Below, piece by piece: positions 9,120 through 18,511 of a DNA stretch of 64,000 bases. The stretch lies in assembly GCA_041665925.1 (NCBI GenBank), contig JBAYHW010000005.1:13819-77818 (forward strand). The letters run 5' to 3'. The notes beneath the pieces were generated by a model. It was not told where the DNA came from. It searched no databases and saw nothing but the letters and a program-made list of their open reading frames with translations. The position numbers and the translations under genes were made by a program. How positions within the stretch are numbered: the stretch's first letter is position 1; the number at the start of each line of letters is the position of its first letter. This DNA comes from Minisyncoccota bacterium (lineage in GTDB: Bacteria; Patescibacteriota; Minisyncoccia; Phycocordibacterales; UBA9973).

Positions 9120-9654
9120 TATTGTTGGAATAATATTTTTCTTAACATTTTTTTTACTTCAAAATTATGATAGAGGAGTAGGGCTTTGGAATGACGAAGG
9201 GCTATCTCAACTTCCAATGCGACTTAAAATTCCATTAATTAATGTTGATGCAGGGGTAGAAAAAGTGGGACTTACCAAAGAAGGAGTAATGGGGGTACCG
9301 AAAGGTCCAGCTGAAGTAGCGTGGTATATGCTCGGCTCAAAACCAGGTGAATTTGGGAGCGCAGTTATTGCTGGTCATTCTGGATATAAAAACAATCAAC
9401 CCGCGGTGTTTGATAATTTATACAAATTAAAAAAAGGAGATAAAATATATGTAGAAGATGATGTTGGAAAAGTTATTACTTTTATTGTTCGAGAAAGTCG
9501 CAGTTATGACTCGAACGCAGATGCCTCGTCTGTCTTTAATTCTTCTGATGGCCTAGCTCACCTAAATTTAATTACTTGCTCTGGATACTGGAATGAAATA
9601 GAAAAAACCCATTCAAGTAGACTTGTAATATTTACCGATAAAGAAGTAGAATAG
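9073..9654 (+). CDS. Sortase family transpeptidase (membrane-anchored)
   Basis: N-terminal TM segment, catalytic His in VIAGHSG, and the TLxTC-type active site NLITCSGYW. Confidence 0.8.
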   Translation: MILFKFSLKWSWLIFSIVGIIFFLTFFLLQNYDRGVGLWNDEGLSQLPMRLKIPLINVDAGVEKVGLTKEGVMGVPKGPAEVAWYMLGSKPGEFGSAVIAGHSGYKNNQPAVFDNLYKLKKGDKIYVEDDVGKVITFIVRESRSYDSNADASSVFNSSDGLAHLNLITCSGYWNEIEKTHSSRLVIFTDKEVE

Positions 9655-9657
9655 GGT

Positions 9658-10413
9658 GTGAAGAAAATTCTTATTTTAAATAAAAAAGAAGGAGAAACGC
9701 CCTTAGAATGTTTGGGGCGTTTTCGTGCTCATAATAAAAAATATAAAGACATAAAAATGACTTATGCAGGACGCCTGGATCCTATGGCTAGCGGGCTCCT
9801 TTTAGTCCTGGTAGGAGATGAAGTAAAAAACAAAGAAAAATATTTAAAATTAGACAAAGAGTATGAATTTGAGGTTCTTTTTGGTTTCTCTACAGATACT
9901 TATGATATTTTAGGCAAAGTACAACATTCTCACATTCTCAAGAATATTGGAATGTTGGAATTAGAGAAAATTATAAAAAATAATTTGAAACATTTTACAG
10001 GAAAATTTGTTCAAAAGTATCCCTTGTATTCTTCAAAGACAGTCGCTGGGAAACAGCTCTGGGAATATGGCCGTGAAGAAAAAGAAGTAGAAATTCCAAC
10101 CAGAGAGGTGAATGTTAGGAAATTGAAATTTATTAAATTACGAAAAATAAATAACAAAAATCTTTTTGTAAATATTGAAAAAAATATTGAAAAAGTCAAA
10201 GGGGATTTTAGGCAAAGTGAAATTTTGAAAATATGGAAGAAAAATTTAAAGATCAGTTACTCTGTAGTATTTATTGGGAATTTTAAAATCAAATGTAGTA
10301 GTGGCACTTATGTGCGGGGGATAGCCAATTCCCTAGGAGAAAAAATGAATGTTCCAGCTTTAGCATATTCAATAAAAAGGACAAAAATTGGAAAATTTGG
10401 TAAGATGTCGTAA
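9658..10413 (+). CDS. truB: tRNA pseudouridine(55) synthase
   Basis: TruB catalytic motif AGRLDPMASGLLLVLVGD. GTG start; the stop overlaps the next ATG. Confidence 0.85.
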   Translation: MKKILILNKKEGETPLECLGRFRAHNKKYKDIKMTYAGRLDPMASGLLLVLVGDEVKNKEKYLKLDKEYEFEVLFGFSTDTYDILGKVQHSHILKNIGMLELEKIIKNNLKHFTGKFVQKYPLYSSKTVAGKQLWEYGREEKEVEIPTREVNVRKLKFIKLRKINNKNLFVNIEKNIEKVKGDFRQSEILKIWKKNLKISYSVVFIGNFKIKCSSGTYVRGIANSLGEKMNVPALAYSIKRTKIGKFGKMS

Positions 10414-11333
10414 TGGGAGCACAAACAATTTTAACAATTTTATTCGGAGTTGTGGTGGTAGGATTTCTGGTAGCGGACCTTGGGTTTTTCAACAGAAAGA
10501 GCCACAAGATTGAATTTAAGCCCGCACTTTATCAATCTATATTTTGGATTGGTATTTCGCTTGTTTTCGGAGCTTTAATTTTTTTCTTTATAGATAAACA
10601 GACGGCTGTTGAGTTTTTTAGCGCATACGTTACGGAAAAGATGCTTTCTGTGGATAATCTTTTCGTTATTATGCTCATATTTAGCTATTTTAAGTTGGAA
10701 GAAAAATATCACCACAAGGCATTATTCTGGGGGATACTTGGAGCCATAGTTTTCCGCGGTATATTCATCGGCGCTGGAGCATACATTATTCACCAATTTT
10801 ACTGGGTGCTGTATGTCTTTGGAGCCATTCTTTTATACACTGGTATAAAATTATTGGCAGATAAAAAAGAAGAGCACATTGATTTTAAAAATAATAAAGT
10901 TATAAAATTTGCCCATAAAATCTTTCCTTTTACTGATACTCACCACGGAGGTAAATTCTTTTTTAGAGAAAATGGAAAATTTTTCTTCACTTCGCTTTTC
11001 ATGGTAGTTATTATGGTAGAAGCGACGGATATTATTTTTGCTGTGGATTCTATCCCAGCAGTCTTTGCTATCTCTCAGAACCTTTTCGTAGTTTTTACTT
11101 CCAACATCTTTGCCATAATGGGCCTGCGAGCACTTTTCTTTTTACTTGAGAATATTTTGCACCGCTTCCACCACCTCCAGAAAGGGCTAGCTGTTATTTT
11201 GATATTTATCGGAGCTAAAATGCTTTCGGGGATATTTGGCCTTCACATATCTTCCTTTGTGTCCTTCGGAGTAATAATGTTTGCACTCGTGGCTTCTATC
11301 GCATTGTCGTTTATCTTTCCTAAAAAGATTTAA
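10413..11333 (+). CDS. TerC family integral membrane protein
   Basis: Multi-TM protein with TerC-family motifs (paired DNLFVI-type regions and conserved acidic residues in TM helices). Confidence 0.8.
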   Translation: MGAQTILTILFGVVVVGFLVADLGFFNRKSHKIEFKPALYQSIFWIGISLVFGALIFFFIDKQTAVEFFSAYVTEKMLSVDNLFVIMLIFSYFKLEEKYHHKALFWGILGAIVFRGIFIGAGAYIIHQFYWVLYVFGAILLYTGIKLLADKKEEHIDFKNNKVIKFAHKIFPFTDTHHGGKFFFRENGKFFFTSLFMVVIMVEATDIIFAVDSIPAVFAISQNLFVVFTSNIFAIMGLRALFFLLENILHRFHHLQKGLAVILIFIGAKMLSGIFGLHISSFVSFGVIMFALVASIALSFIFPKKI

Positions 11334-11348
11334 AATTTCAGGTGTATA

Positions 11349-14207
11349 ATGTACCCAATGTCTACCAGTATAAAGTTTGAAGACAAATATGAGCATGAGT
11401 ATAAAAAGCTAAACAAAGCCCAAAGGGAGGCTGTGGACATTATAGATGGCCCAGTCATGGTTGTAGCAGGCCCTGGGACAGGCAAGACTCAAGTACTCGC
11501 TCTCCGCATCGCGCAGATTTTAAAGCAAACTGATACCAAAGGGGACAGCATTCTTTGTTTGACCTTTACGAATTCTGCAGTAGGAGCCATGCGTGAGCGC
11601 TTGGTGCGTTATATAGGTGAGGAGGGGAACAAGGTTAATATTTTTACTTTTCATAGCTTCGGTTTAGAAATTATAAAGAAGTTTTTTAAAGTTTTAGGTT
11701 TGCCGAACCCGCCGACACTTCTAGATGAATCCGAAAATGCTGTATTTTTTGACGAGATTTTAGCGAGTGAAGATTGGAAATTTCTTTCACCACGAGGAGA
11801 TAGAGCTCGATACTTTGAAGATTTAAAATCAATAGCCTCTCTTTTAAAACGAGAAAGAATTACGGTGGAAGATTTTACTCTGGCCGTAGAAGTGGAAATA
11901 AAAACCTTAAATGAGAGTGAAGATAGCATGTCTACCAGAGGAGCTCGCAAGGGGGAGCTCAGGCAGGAAGTGATAAAAGAAATTGAAGGCTTAGAGAAAA
12001 GTATAGAAGTCGCGCGATTTTTGAAAGTCTATGAGTCTCGAAAGACAGAAAAGAATATGATTGACTACGATGATATTCTAGAGAGCTTGGTTCGCATTGT
12101 GGAGACTTCCGATGACGCCAAGGCCCACATTCAGGAACAATATCTTTATGTTTTAGTAGATGAACACCAAGATTCCTCTCGGGTGCAAAATGAATTTCTC
12201 GCGCGCACTTGGGGGGAAGTGGAAGCACCAAATATATTTGTGGTGGGGGATGATCGCCAGCTTATTTACGGATTTGCCGGGGCTTCAATTGATCATTTCG
12301 TAGGGTTCCAGAAAACCTTTCCCGAAGCTAGGCTCGTACCTCTCTTAGAAAATTATCGCTCCACGCAAGTTATCCTTGATGCCGCTCACGCTCTTCTGCC
12401 TAGTGTTTTATCTAAAGAAAAGCTTATTAGTCAAAGTATAGAAACGCACCCTATTAAACTCATAGAAGCTCAGACTCCGCGTGAAGAAATATTTATGGCG
12501 GGGGAGGTGATAAAAAATAAAATTGCAGAAGGGCTTGATCCCAATGATTGTGCCTTACTTGTGCCCAAAAATGCACAAGCTCGTACGGCCCTCGAAATCC
12601 TGCACGAAATTGGGTTGCCTCTAACTCTTCAAGAATCACTTAATCTTTTTGACCAAAAAGAAGCACATGCATTGCTGAGAATACTTAAAATCATTTCTCG
12701 CGAGGATGCCCCGTCGCTTGCACTTTCTTTTCTAGACGAATTATCTGGCATACCACCCCTCGAAGCTCATAAATTCTTAGTACAGTTAAATATGCGTGAG
12801 CTTTCTTTAGATAGTTTATTAAAAGCTCCGAAAACTCTCTGGGGTGGTGGGGCCACAGAGATATGGCTTGGGAAACTTGCTAAATGGCGCAAAGATGCAC
12901 AAGGAAATGAGTTATCCGCACTTCTTAAAATTATTGGTCAGGAAATCTTGGATGAAAAAATTAAAAAGAAAAAGCTTGTACCCATTGAAGATATTGTCAC
13001 TACGTTTTTATCTCTTTTAGAAAAACGACCCGAGGCCTCCTTTGATGAGTTCGTGGCTTACTTGGAGAAGGTGGAAGAATATGGAGACCCTATTTCCCTT
13101 ATTACTGGAGAGAAGGATGGCGTGCGAGTACTCACGATGCATAGAGCTAAAGGGCTGGAATTTGATTTTGTGTGGATTGCCCACATGGACGAGCGCTCGC
13201 TTACTGGAGGACGGAGGTTCAATTTTTCTCTACCGGAGAATATTTTAGAAAAAATAGAAGAGCGAGACATTGATGCCGTCAAGCGCAAGCTTTTCGTGGC
13301 TATCACTCGGGCCAAGCGTTTCTGTACTCTTTCTTATGCATTCTCCTCGCATAAAGGACGAGAGCAAGAACTTACAAAAATTATTGCCGATCTTCCAACT
13401 GAAGTTTTTAAAAAAGAAAATGCAAAAATTATGAGGGGAGAAGAAAAAGAAGAGAAGGATTTTTCTGAGCTTAATAAAATGGTTAAAGATAAATATGCTG
13501 AGCGTTACATATCTGCTTCTTCTCTTAATAACTTCTTCGAATGTTCCCGGAAATGGTATTTCAGAAATTTACTCCAGATTCCAGAGCCCGAGAATGAGAA
13601 TTTGGTTTTTGGTAGTTTAGTGCATGCCGGGATTGACCAAATTATAAAATCTAACAAAATAATCCTTCCAGAGGATAAAAATGTATCCAAGGTTGTAAAG
13701 GCCTGGGCAGAAATACGCTTGTCGGAGCTAGCTCCTGATCGTTTGAGCGAACAGAGTGTATCTCTACGCGACGATAGATTCCCGCATCTTTCCATTTATG
13801 GCAGAATAGATTTGATTGAAAAATTAGAGAACAATGAAGTGCGGGTGACTGATTTTAAAACAGGTGGTGTTCGTAAAAAAAGTGAAATAGAAAAATTAGA
13901 CGACGAAGGGAGGATGAGTAATCACCTGCGTCAGCTTTCAATGTATTCTTATCTTTTAAACAAAAGTCCAAAATGGCAAGCGGAAGTGAAAGAGTCGCGA
14001 CTGGAATTCGTAGAGGCTAAAAATCCTAAAGATATCTTCTACAGTACAGAAATAACAAAAGAACAAATGGAGCTTCTAGTGAAAGACATTGAAGATTATG
14101 ATAAATTTATAAAAGAGGGTGAATGGATAAACAGACCATGCAATTATAATTCGTACGGCAAGAATACCGAGTGCGAATATTGCAAAATGGCAGAGATTTA
14201 CAAATAA
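11349..14207 (+). CDS. UvrD/PcrA-like SF1 helicase fused to a C-terminal PD-(D/E)xK RecB/Cas4-like nuclease domain with a Cys cluster (952 aa)
   Basis: Walker A AGPGTGKTQVL plus UvrD motifs (TFTNSAV, VLVDEHQDS, TMHRAKGLEFD). The C-terminal roughly 250 aa carry the nuclease motifs GRIDLIEK...TDFKTG and QLSMYSYLL, and four Cys residues (FECSRKW ... PCNYNSYGKNTECEYC), as in the AddB/Cas4 iron-sulfur nuclease fold. Confidence 0.8.
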   Translation: MYPMSTSIKFEDKYEHEYKKLNKAQREAVDIIDGPVMVVAGPGTGKTQVLALRIAQILKQTDTKGDSILCLTFTNSAVGAMRERLVRYIGEEGNKVNIFTFHSFGLEIIKKFFKVLGLPNPPTLLDESENAVFFDEILASEDWKFLSPRGDRARYFEDLKSIASLLKRERITVEDFTLAVEVEIKTLNESEDSMSTRGARKGELRQEVIKEIEGLEKSIEVARFLKVYESRKTEKNMIDYDDILESLVRIVETSDDAKAHIQEQYLYVLVDEHQDSSRVQNEFLARTWGEVEAPNIFVVGDDRQLIYGFAGASIDHFVGFQKTFPEARLVPLLENYRSTQVILDAAHALLPSVLSKEKLISQSIETHPIKLIEAQTPREEIFMAGEVIKNKIAEGLDPNDCALLVPKNAQARTALEILHEIGLPLTLQESLNLFDQKEAHALLRILKIISREDAPSLALSFLDELSGIPPLEAHKFLVQLNMRELSLDSLLKAPKTLWGGGATEIWLGKLAKWRKDAQGNELSALLKIIGQEILDEKIKKKKLVPIEDIVTTFLSLLEKRPEASFDEFVAYLEKVEEYGDPISLITGEKDGVRVLTMHRAKGLEFDFVWIAHMDERSLTGGRRFNFSLPENILEKIEERDIDAVKRKLFVAITRAKRFCTLSYAFSSHKGREQELTKIIADLPTEVFKKENAKIMRGEEKEEKDFSELNKMVKDKYAERYISASSLNNFFECSRKWYFRNLLQIPEPENENLVFGSLVHAGIDQIIKSNKIILPEDKNVSKVVKAWAEIRLSELAPDRLSEQSVSLRDDRFPHLSIYGRIDLIEKLENNEVRVTDFKTGGVRKKSEIEKLDDEGRMSNHLRQLSMYSYLLNKSPKWQAEVKESRLEFVEAKNPKDIFYSTEITKEQMELLVKDIEDYDKFIKEGEWINRPCNYNSYGKNTECEYCKMAEIYK

Positions 14208-14332
14208 TTTTTAAAATGATAATATCTAAATATGGTTATTAAGCGACAAGTAAACAGTTCTCCGGTACCTCCATCCACAAATTGGGTGGTTGGTTTTTGC
14301 GCTTAAATTCTCTTAAAAAATAAACGCAGACA

Positions 14333-14360
14333 CGGGCCACTCAAAAGGTGGTTCTTTTTT
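14333..14360 (+). terminator. Intrinsic terminator (GGGCCAC-loop-GTGGTTC followed by TTTTTT)
   Basis: Seen in the sequence downstream of the helicase gene and upstream of proB. Confidence 0.55.
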
Positions 14361-14385
14361 ATTAATAATTTAATCAATAAAACAT

Positions 14386-15144
14386 ATGCGTCTAGTAATT
14401 AAAATAGGGACACAAGTTATTTCAAGTAGGACTGGGCTTGATACGAGGCAAGTAGGAAATATTATCAATGACATTTCGAAGCTTTTTAAACTGGGTCACG
14501 AAATTATAATCGTGAGTTCTGGGGCGATAGCTGCTGGTTTACCAGAGCTGAAATTCAAGAGCAAGTTAGAGAAAAAAGTTGCTGCTGCTGTGGGTCAGCC
14601 ATTACTTATACAGAGCTACATAAAAGAAGCGAAAAAACATAAAATTACAGTTGGGCAAATCTTGATACTCAGCGACGACTTTACCAATCATCTTCACTTT
14701 AAAAATTTCCTTTTAAATATTGAAGAAATGTTAAAGCATAAAATTTTGCCTATAATCAACGAGAACGACGTTATGAAAAGAGTTGATTTAAGAGTAAATG
14801 ATAATGATGCATTGGGAGCTATGGTTGCAGTCGGGGTGCGTGCTGATAAGTTAATTATTTTAACTAACCAACAGGGGCTTTTTACTAAAAATCCTGATCA
14901 TGACAAAAAGGCTAAATTAATAAAACAGGTTGATATTATTAACTCTAAAATAAAAGCTCTGTGTCTTAATAAGTCTCAGCTGGGAGTCGGCGGAATGCTG
15001 GCTAAGGTTAATGCAGCTGAGTATGCTACAAAAAGGGGGATAGAAACCTTAATCGGGAATGGGAGAAAAAAAGGTATAATTAACGAGGCCACCAGTGAAA
15101 ATTTTTCTGGGACAAGGTTTATTGCTAGACATAAAAATAAATAA
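14386..15144 (+). CDS. proB: Glutamate 5-kinase (short form, no PUA domain)
   Basis: Amino-acid kinase family N-terminus MRLVIKIGTQVISS...IIIVSSGAIAAG. It is followed by proC and proA. Confidence 0.85.
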   Translation: MRLVIKIGTQVISSRTGLDTRQVGNIINDISKLFKLGHEIIIVSSGAIAAGLPELKFKSKLEKKVAAAVGQPLLIQSYIKEAKKHKITVGQILILSDDFTNHLHFKNFLLNIEEMLKHKILPIINENDVMKRVDLRVNDNDALGAMVAVGVRADKLIILTNQQGLFTKNPDHDKKAKLIKQVDIINSKIKALCLNKSQLGVGGMLAKVNAAEYATKRGIETLIGNGRKKGIINEATSENFSGTRFIARHKNK

Positions 15145-15145
15145 T

Positions 15146-15904
15146 ATGAAAACACAAATAACAATTATAGGTTTTGGTACAATGGGGAAAGCTATAGGTA
15201 AGGCATTAGCAAAACATCGAACATTTAGGGTTATCGGCATAGATAAAATAAATTCTAATTCCAAGCTGACAGAGAAAAATATTAAGCAGTCTGATTTTAT
15301 TATTCTCGCAATCAAACCGCAAGATGCCAAAGTAGCTATTGAGAAATATAAGATATTTTTTAACAAAAAAAGTATATTAATTTCTATTATGGCAGGGGTA
15401 TCAATAAAAAATCTTGCTACGTTGTCTGGACACAAGAAAATAATAAGGATGATGCCTAATTTAGGGCTTTCTGTTAATGAAGGGATAGCAGTTTGGCGGG
15501 CATCTGGATTATCTAAGGAAGAAGTAAAAAATGCTAAAAAGTTAATTGATAAAATTTCGGTAAACTTTGAAGTTAAAAACGAAGATACTATAAATAAAAT
15601 AACAGCAATCTCTGGAAGCGGGCCAGCATATTTTTTCCTATTGGCAAATTGTATGCAAGAAGCTTGTACTAAACTTGGTCTTAATAAAAATCAAAGTAAA
15701 CTATTGGTTCAAAAGACATTTTCGGCTTCAGCCTTACTAGGGAAAGAAGGAGCTTACTCTGAACTTATAAATAAAATTGCATCTAAAAAGGGGACGACAG
15801 AAGCTGCACTGGAGATTTTCAAAAAGAATAGAATAGAAGAAATTGTATTTCAGGCGGTTGCTGCGGCATATCATAGAGCAAAAGAATTAAACAATGAACA
15901 ATAA
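15146..15904 (+). CDS. proC: Pyrroline-5-carboxylate reductase
   Basis: Rossmann N-terminus MKTQITIIGFGTMGKAIGKAL and a P5CR C-terminal domain. The ATG at 15146 is preferred over the upstream in-frame start at 15095, which overlaps proB. Confidence 0.85.
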   Translation: MKTQITIIGFGTMGKAIGKALAKHRTFRVIGIDKINSNSKLTEKNIKQSDFIILAIKPQDAKVAIEKYKIFFNKKSILISIMAGVSIKNLATLSGHKKIIRMMPNLGLSVNEGIAVWRASGLSKEEVKNAKKLIDKISVNFEVKNEDTINKITAISGSGPAYFFLLANCMQEACTKLGLNKNQSKLLVQKTFSASALLGKEGAYSELINKIASKKGTTEAALEIFKKNRIEEIVFQAVAAAYHRAKELNNEQ

Positions 15905-17150
15905 AATATTAAAACAATTGAAAAGTGCAAAGAAGGCTTCAAATAATTTCGGACTTCTGCCCCATGCTAAAAGGATTTCAATTTTAAAAAAAATAGTGAT
16001 AGGGTTGCGTAAAAGTAAAAAATTAATAATTCAAGCAAATACTAAAGATTTAAAAAATCTAAGCTTAAATGATCCAATGCGAGACAGATTGCTTTTAAAT
16101 CAGGAAAGGATAGAAGCGATGATGGGGGATATAGAAAATATCGTAAAACTAGAAGATCCTCTAGGGGATGTTTTTGATTGCAGGAAACGCAACGGGCTTA
16201 AAATTTGCCGCAAGAGAGTACCCATTGGAGTGATAGGCGTTATTTATGAATCACGACCAAATGTCACCACTGACGTGGCTGCTATTTGTATTAAATCTGG
16301 GAACGCTGTAGTTCTAAAAGGAGGGAAGGAGGCCAGAGAGAGCTGCCTAGTTCTCTATAAAATTATTAAAAAGGCGCTAGTATCCGCTGGTGTTAATCCT
16401 GAGGCGGTGCAATTTATTGATCCTAAAATCCCAAACGCAGTATTAGATGTTATTTCAGCGAATAATTTAGTTGACGTTATTATTCCTCGTGGGAGTTCAA
16501 ATCTAATAAATTTTATTCGAGAAAATGCAACTATTCCTGTTATTGAAACAGGTGCTGGGGTTTGTCATACCTTTGTGGATGAATCCGCGAAACTTGATTT
16601 ATCTGCTAAAGTTATTTTTAACGCTAAAACTCAACGGCCAAGTGTATGCAATTCTTTAGATACACTGTTAGTTCACACAAAGGTTGCTGGAGTCTTTTTG
16701 CCAATGGTTGCTCGACTTTTAATTCAAAAGAAAGTAGAGATTTTTGCCGATGTCGAGAGTTTCTCATTGTTAAAAAATATTTACCCAGCTAGCCTTTTAA
16801 AAAAAGCTCACACTGGTGATTTTGGACGAGAATTTTTAAGTCAAAAAATGTCTATAAAAATTGTGTCCAGCTTTAATGAAGCGAAAGAACATATAGAAAA
16901 ATATTCCTCTAAGCATTCCGAAGCAATTCTTTCAGAAAATCAAAAAAATTGCCAAAGGTTTTTAGATGAGATTGATGCAAGTGTTGTTTATGTTAATGCC
17001 TCTACTCGTTTTTCAGATGGCGCGGTGTTTGGATTAGGTGGGGAAATAGGAATATCTACATCTAAGCTTCATGCCAGAGGTCCTATGGGCCCAAAAGAAG
17101 TAACTACATATAAATGGGTAGTACAAGGAAAATACACGACGAGAAAATAA
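15894..17150 (+). CDS. proA: Gamma-glutamyl phosphate reductase (glutamate-5-semialdehyde dehydrogenase)
   Basis: Aldehyde dehydrogenase fold with the catalytic Cys region; 418 aa. Completes the proB-proC-proA cluster. Confidence 0.85.
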   Translation: MNNKILKQLKSAKKASNNFGLLPHAKRISILKKIVIGLRKSKKLIIQANTKDLKNLSLNDPMRDRLLLNQERIEAMMGDIENIVKLEDPLGDVFDCRKRNGLKICRKRVPIGVIGVIYESRPNVTTDVAAICIKSGNAVVLKGGKEARESCLVLYKIIKKALVSAGVNPEAVQFIDPKIPNAVLDVISANNLVDVIIPRGSSNLINFIRENATIPVIETGAGVCHTFVDESAKLDLSAKVIFNAKTQRPSVCNSLDTLLVHTKVAGVFLPMVARLLIQKKVEIFADVESFSLLKNIYPASLLKKAHTGDFGREFLSQKMSIKIVSSFNEAKEHIEKYSSKHSEAILSENQKNCQRFLDEIDASVVYVNASTRFSDGAVFGLGGEIGISTSKLHARGPMGPKEVTTYKWVVQGKYTTRK

Positions 17151-17321
17151 TTTAATTTAGAAAAATTTGGGGCCGTTGTCGAGCCAGCCCAAATAAAAGC
17201 CCACAAGGGTTAAAATGACAGTTACGATAAGTAAAATTATGTAGATTTTTCTAGGTTGGGCATTCATAAGTAAAGTATACTAAAATCTTGTAATTTTGTC
17301 TTTTTCCTATAAGATAACACT

Positions 17322-18248
17322 ATGGCAAATGAGGAATATGAAATAATTCTTTTCTATAAATATGTGCACATTATAGACCCAGAAGCTGTAAAGACGTGGC
17401 AGATGGGTGTATGTCAAAAACTGGAATTAAAAGGTAGGTGCATTGTGGCCACAGAGGGCATCAATGCGACCTTCGAAGGCACGAAAGAAAATATTCAGAA
17501 ATATATTAAAGAACTAGAAAAAGACAATAGGTTTTTAAATATTCATTTTAAACTAAGTGCTGGCACGGGGGATGCTTTCCCGAAACTTTCCATCAAAGTC
17601 CGGAAAGAAATCGTGTCTCTGCATCTAGGCGTGTGTGATATAAACCCAAATGAAGTTACAGGAATACATTTAAAACCGGAAGAACTGCATGAGTGGATAA
17701 AAAATAAAAAAGAATTTTATATCGTAGATATGCGAAATGCCTACGAGCACAAAGTCGGGCATTTTGAAAATTCAATTTTACCACCTATTGAAAACTTTCG
17801 TGATTTGCCGAAAGTGGTAGAGCAAATTTCACATTTGAAAAATAAAACAGTGCTTGCTGTCTGTACTGGGGGAGTGCGTTGCGAAAAAGCTTCAGGGTTT
17901 TTGATTACTCAAGGTTTTGCTGACGTGTACCAGCTCGATGGAGGGATTGTGAGCTATATGGAAAAATATCCGAATGAAGACTTCAAGGGCAAATTGTATG
18001 TCTTTGACGGGCGAGTGACTATGGGATTTTATACAGATGATACTAAGCATACGATAATAGGGAAATGCGATGCTTGCGGGGACACCAGTGAGAATTATGT
18101 GAATTGCGACAATCCTGTGTGCCATAGGCACTTCATAAATTGCAAAAATTGCTTAAATAAGAATAATGGAAAAGCATTTTGCGTTGGCGGATGTGTTCTG
18201 TCTCGCCACGGGCGTAAAATTAGCCCCGTAGAAGCTGATTTGGTATAA
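17322..18248 (+). CDS. trhO: Rhodanese-domain tRNA U34 hydroxylase (TrhO/YceA, UPF0176)
   Basis: N-terminus YEIILFYKYVHIIDP and the rhodanese active site CTGGVRCEKASGFL with a C-terminal Cys-rich tail. Confidence 0.8.
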   Translation: MANEEYEIILFYKYVHIIDPEAVKTWQMGVCQKLELKGRCIVATEGINATFEGTKENIQKYIKELEKDNRFLNIHFKLSAGTGDAFPKLSIKVRKEIVSLHLGVCDINPNEVTGIHLKPEELHEWIKNKKEFYIVDMRNAYEHKVGHFENSILPPIENFRDLPKVVEQISHLKNKTVLAVCTGGVRCEKASGFLITQGFADVYQLDGGIVSYMEKYPNEDFKGKLYVFDGRVTMGFYTDDTKHTIIGKCDACGDTSENYVNCDNPVCHRHFINCKNCLNKNNGKAFCVGGCVLSRHGRKISPVEADLV

Positions 18249-18280
18249 TTATTTATTATAAGTTTAATTAATATAAATAT

Positions 18281-18511
18281 ATGTCAAATGACGAAGAGGT
18301 AAGTTTAAAAATGGGGGAGCATCATGTTAAAGATAATGGGCATACCCATGCATATGAGGCTCTAAAAAACATGAATGAAACGCAACGAGAACAGGTTTTT
18401 CATGCTGCGCGTCATTCTCCGGAAGGAGGGTTTTTTACTGCTCGCAAGGATGGAGTAGATCATCAATTCAGAATATCAAGTAATGGAACAATACATAAAG
18501 TATCACACTAA
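18281..18511 (+). CDS. Small His-rich hypothetical protein (76 aa) translationally coupled to pheS
   Basis: ORF whose TAA stop overlaps the pheS ATG (TAAATG). No family recognised. Confidence 0.4.
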   Translation: MSNDEEVSLKMGEHHVKDNGHTHAYEALKNMNETQREQVFHAARHSPEGGFFTARKDGVDHQFRISSNGTIHKVSH

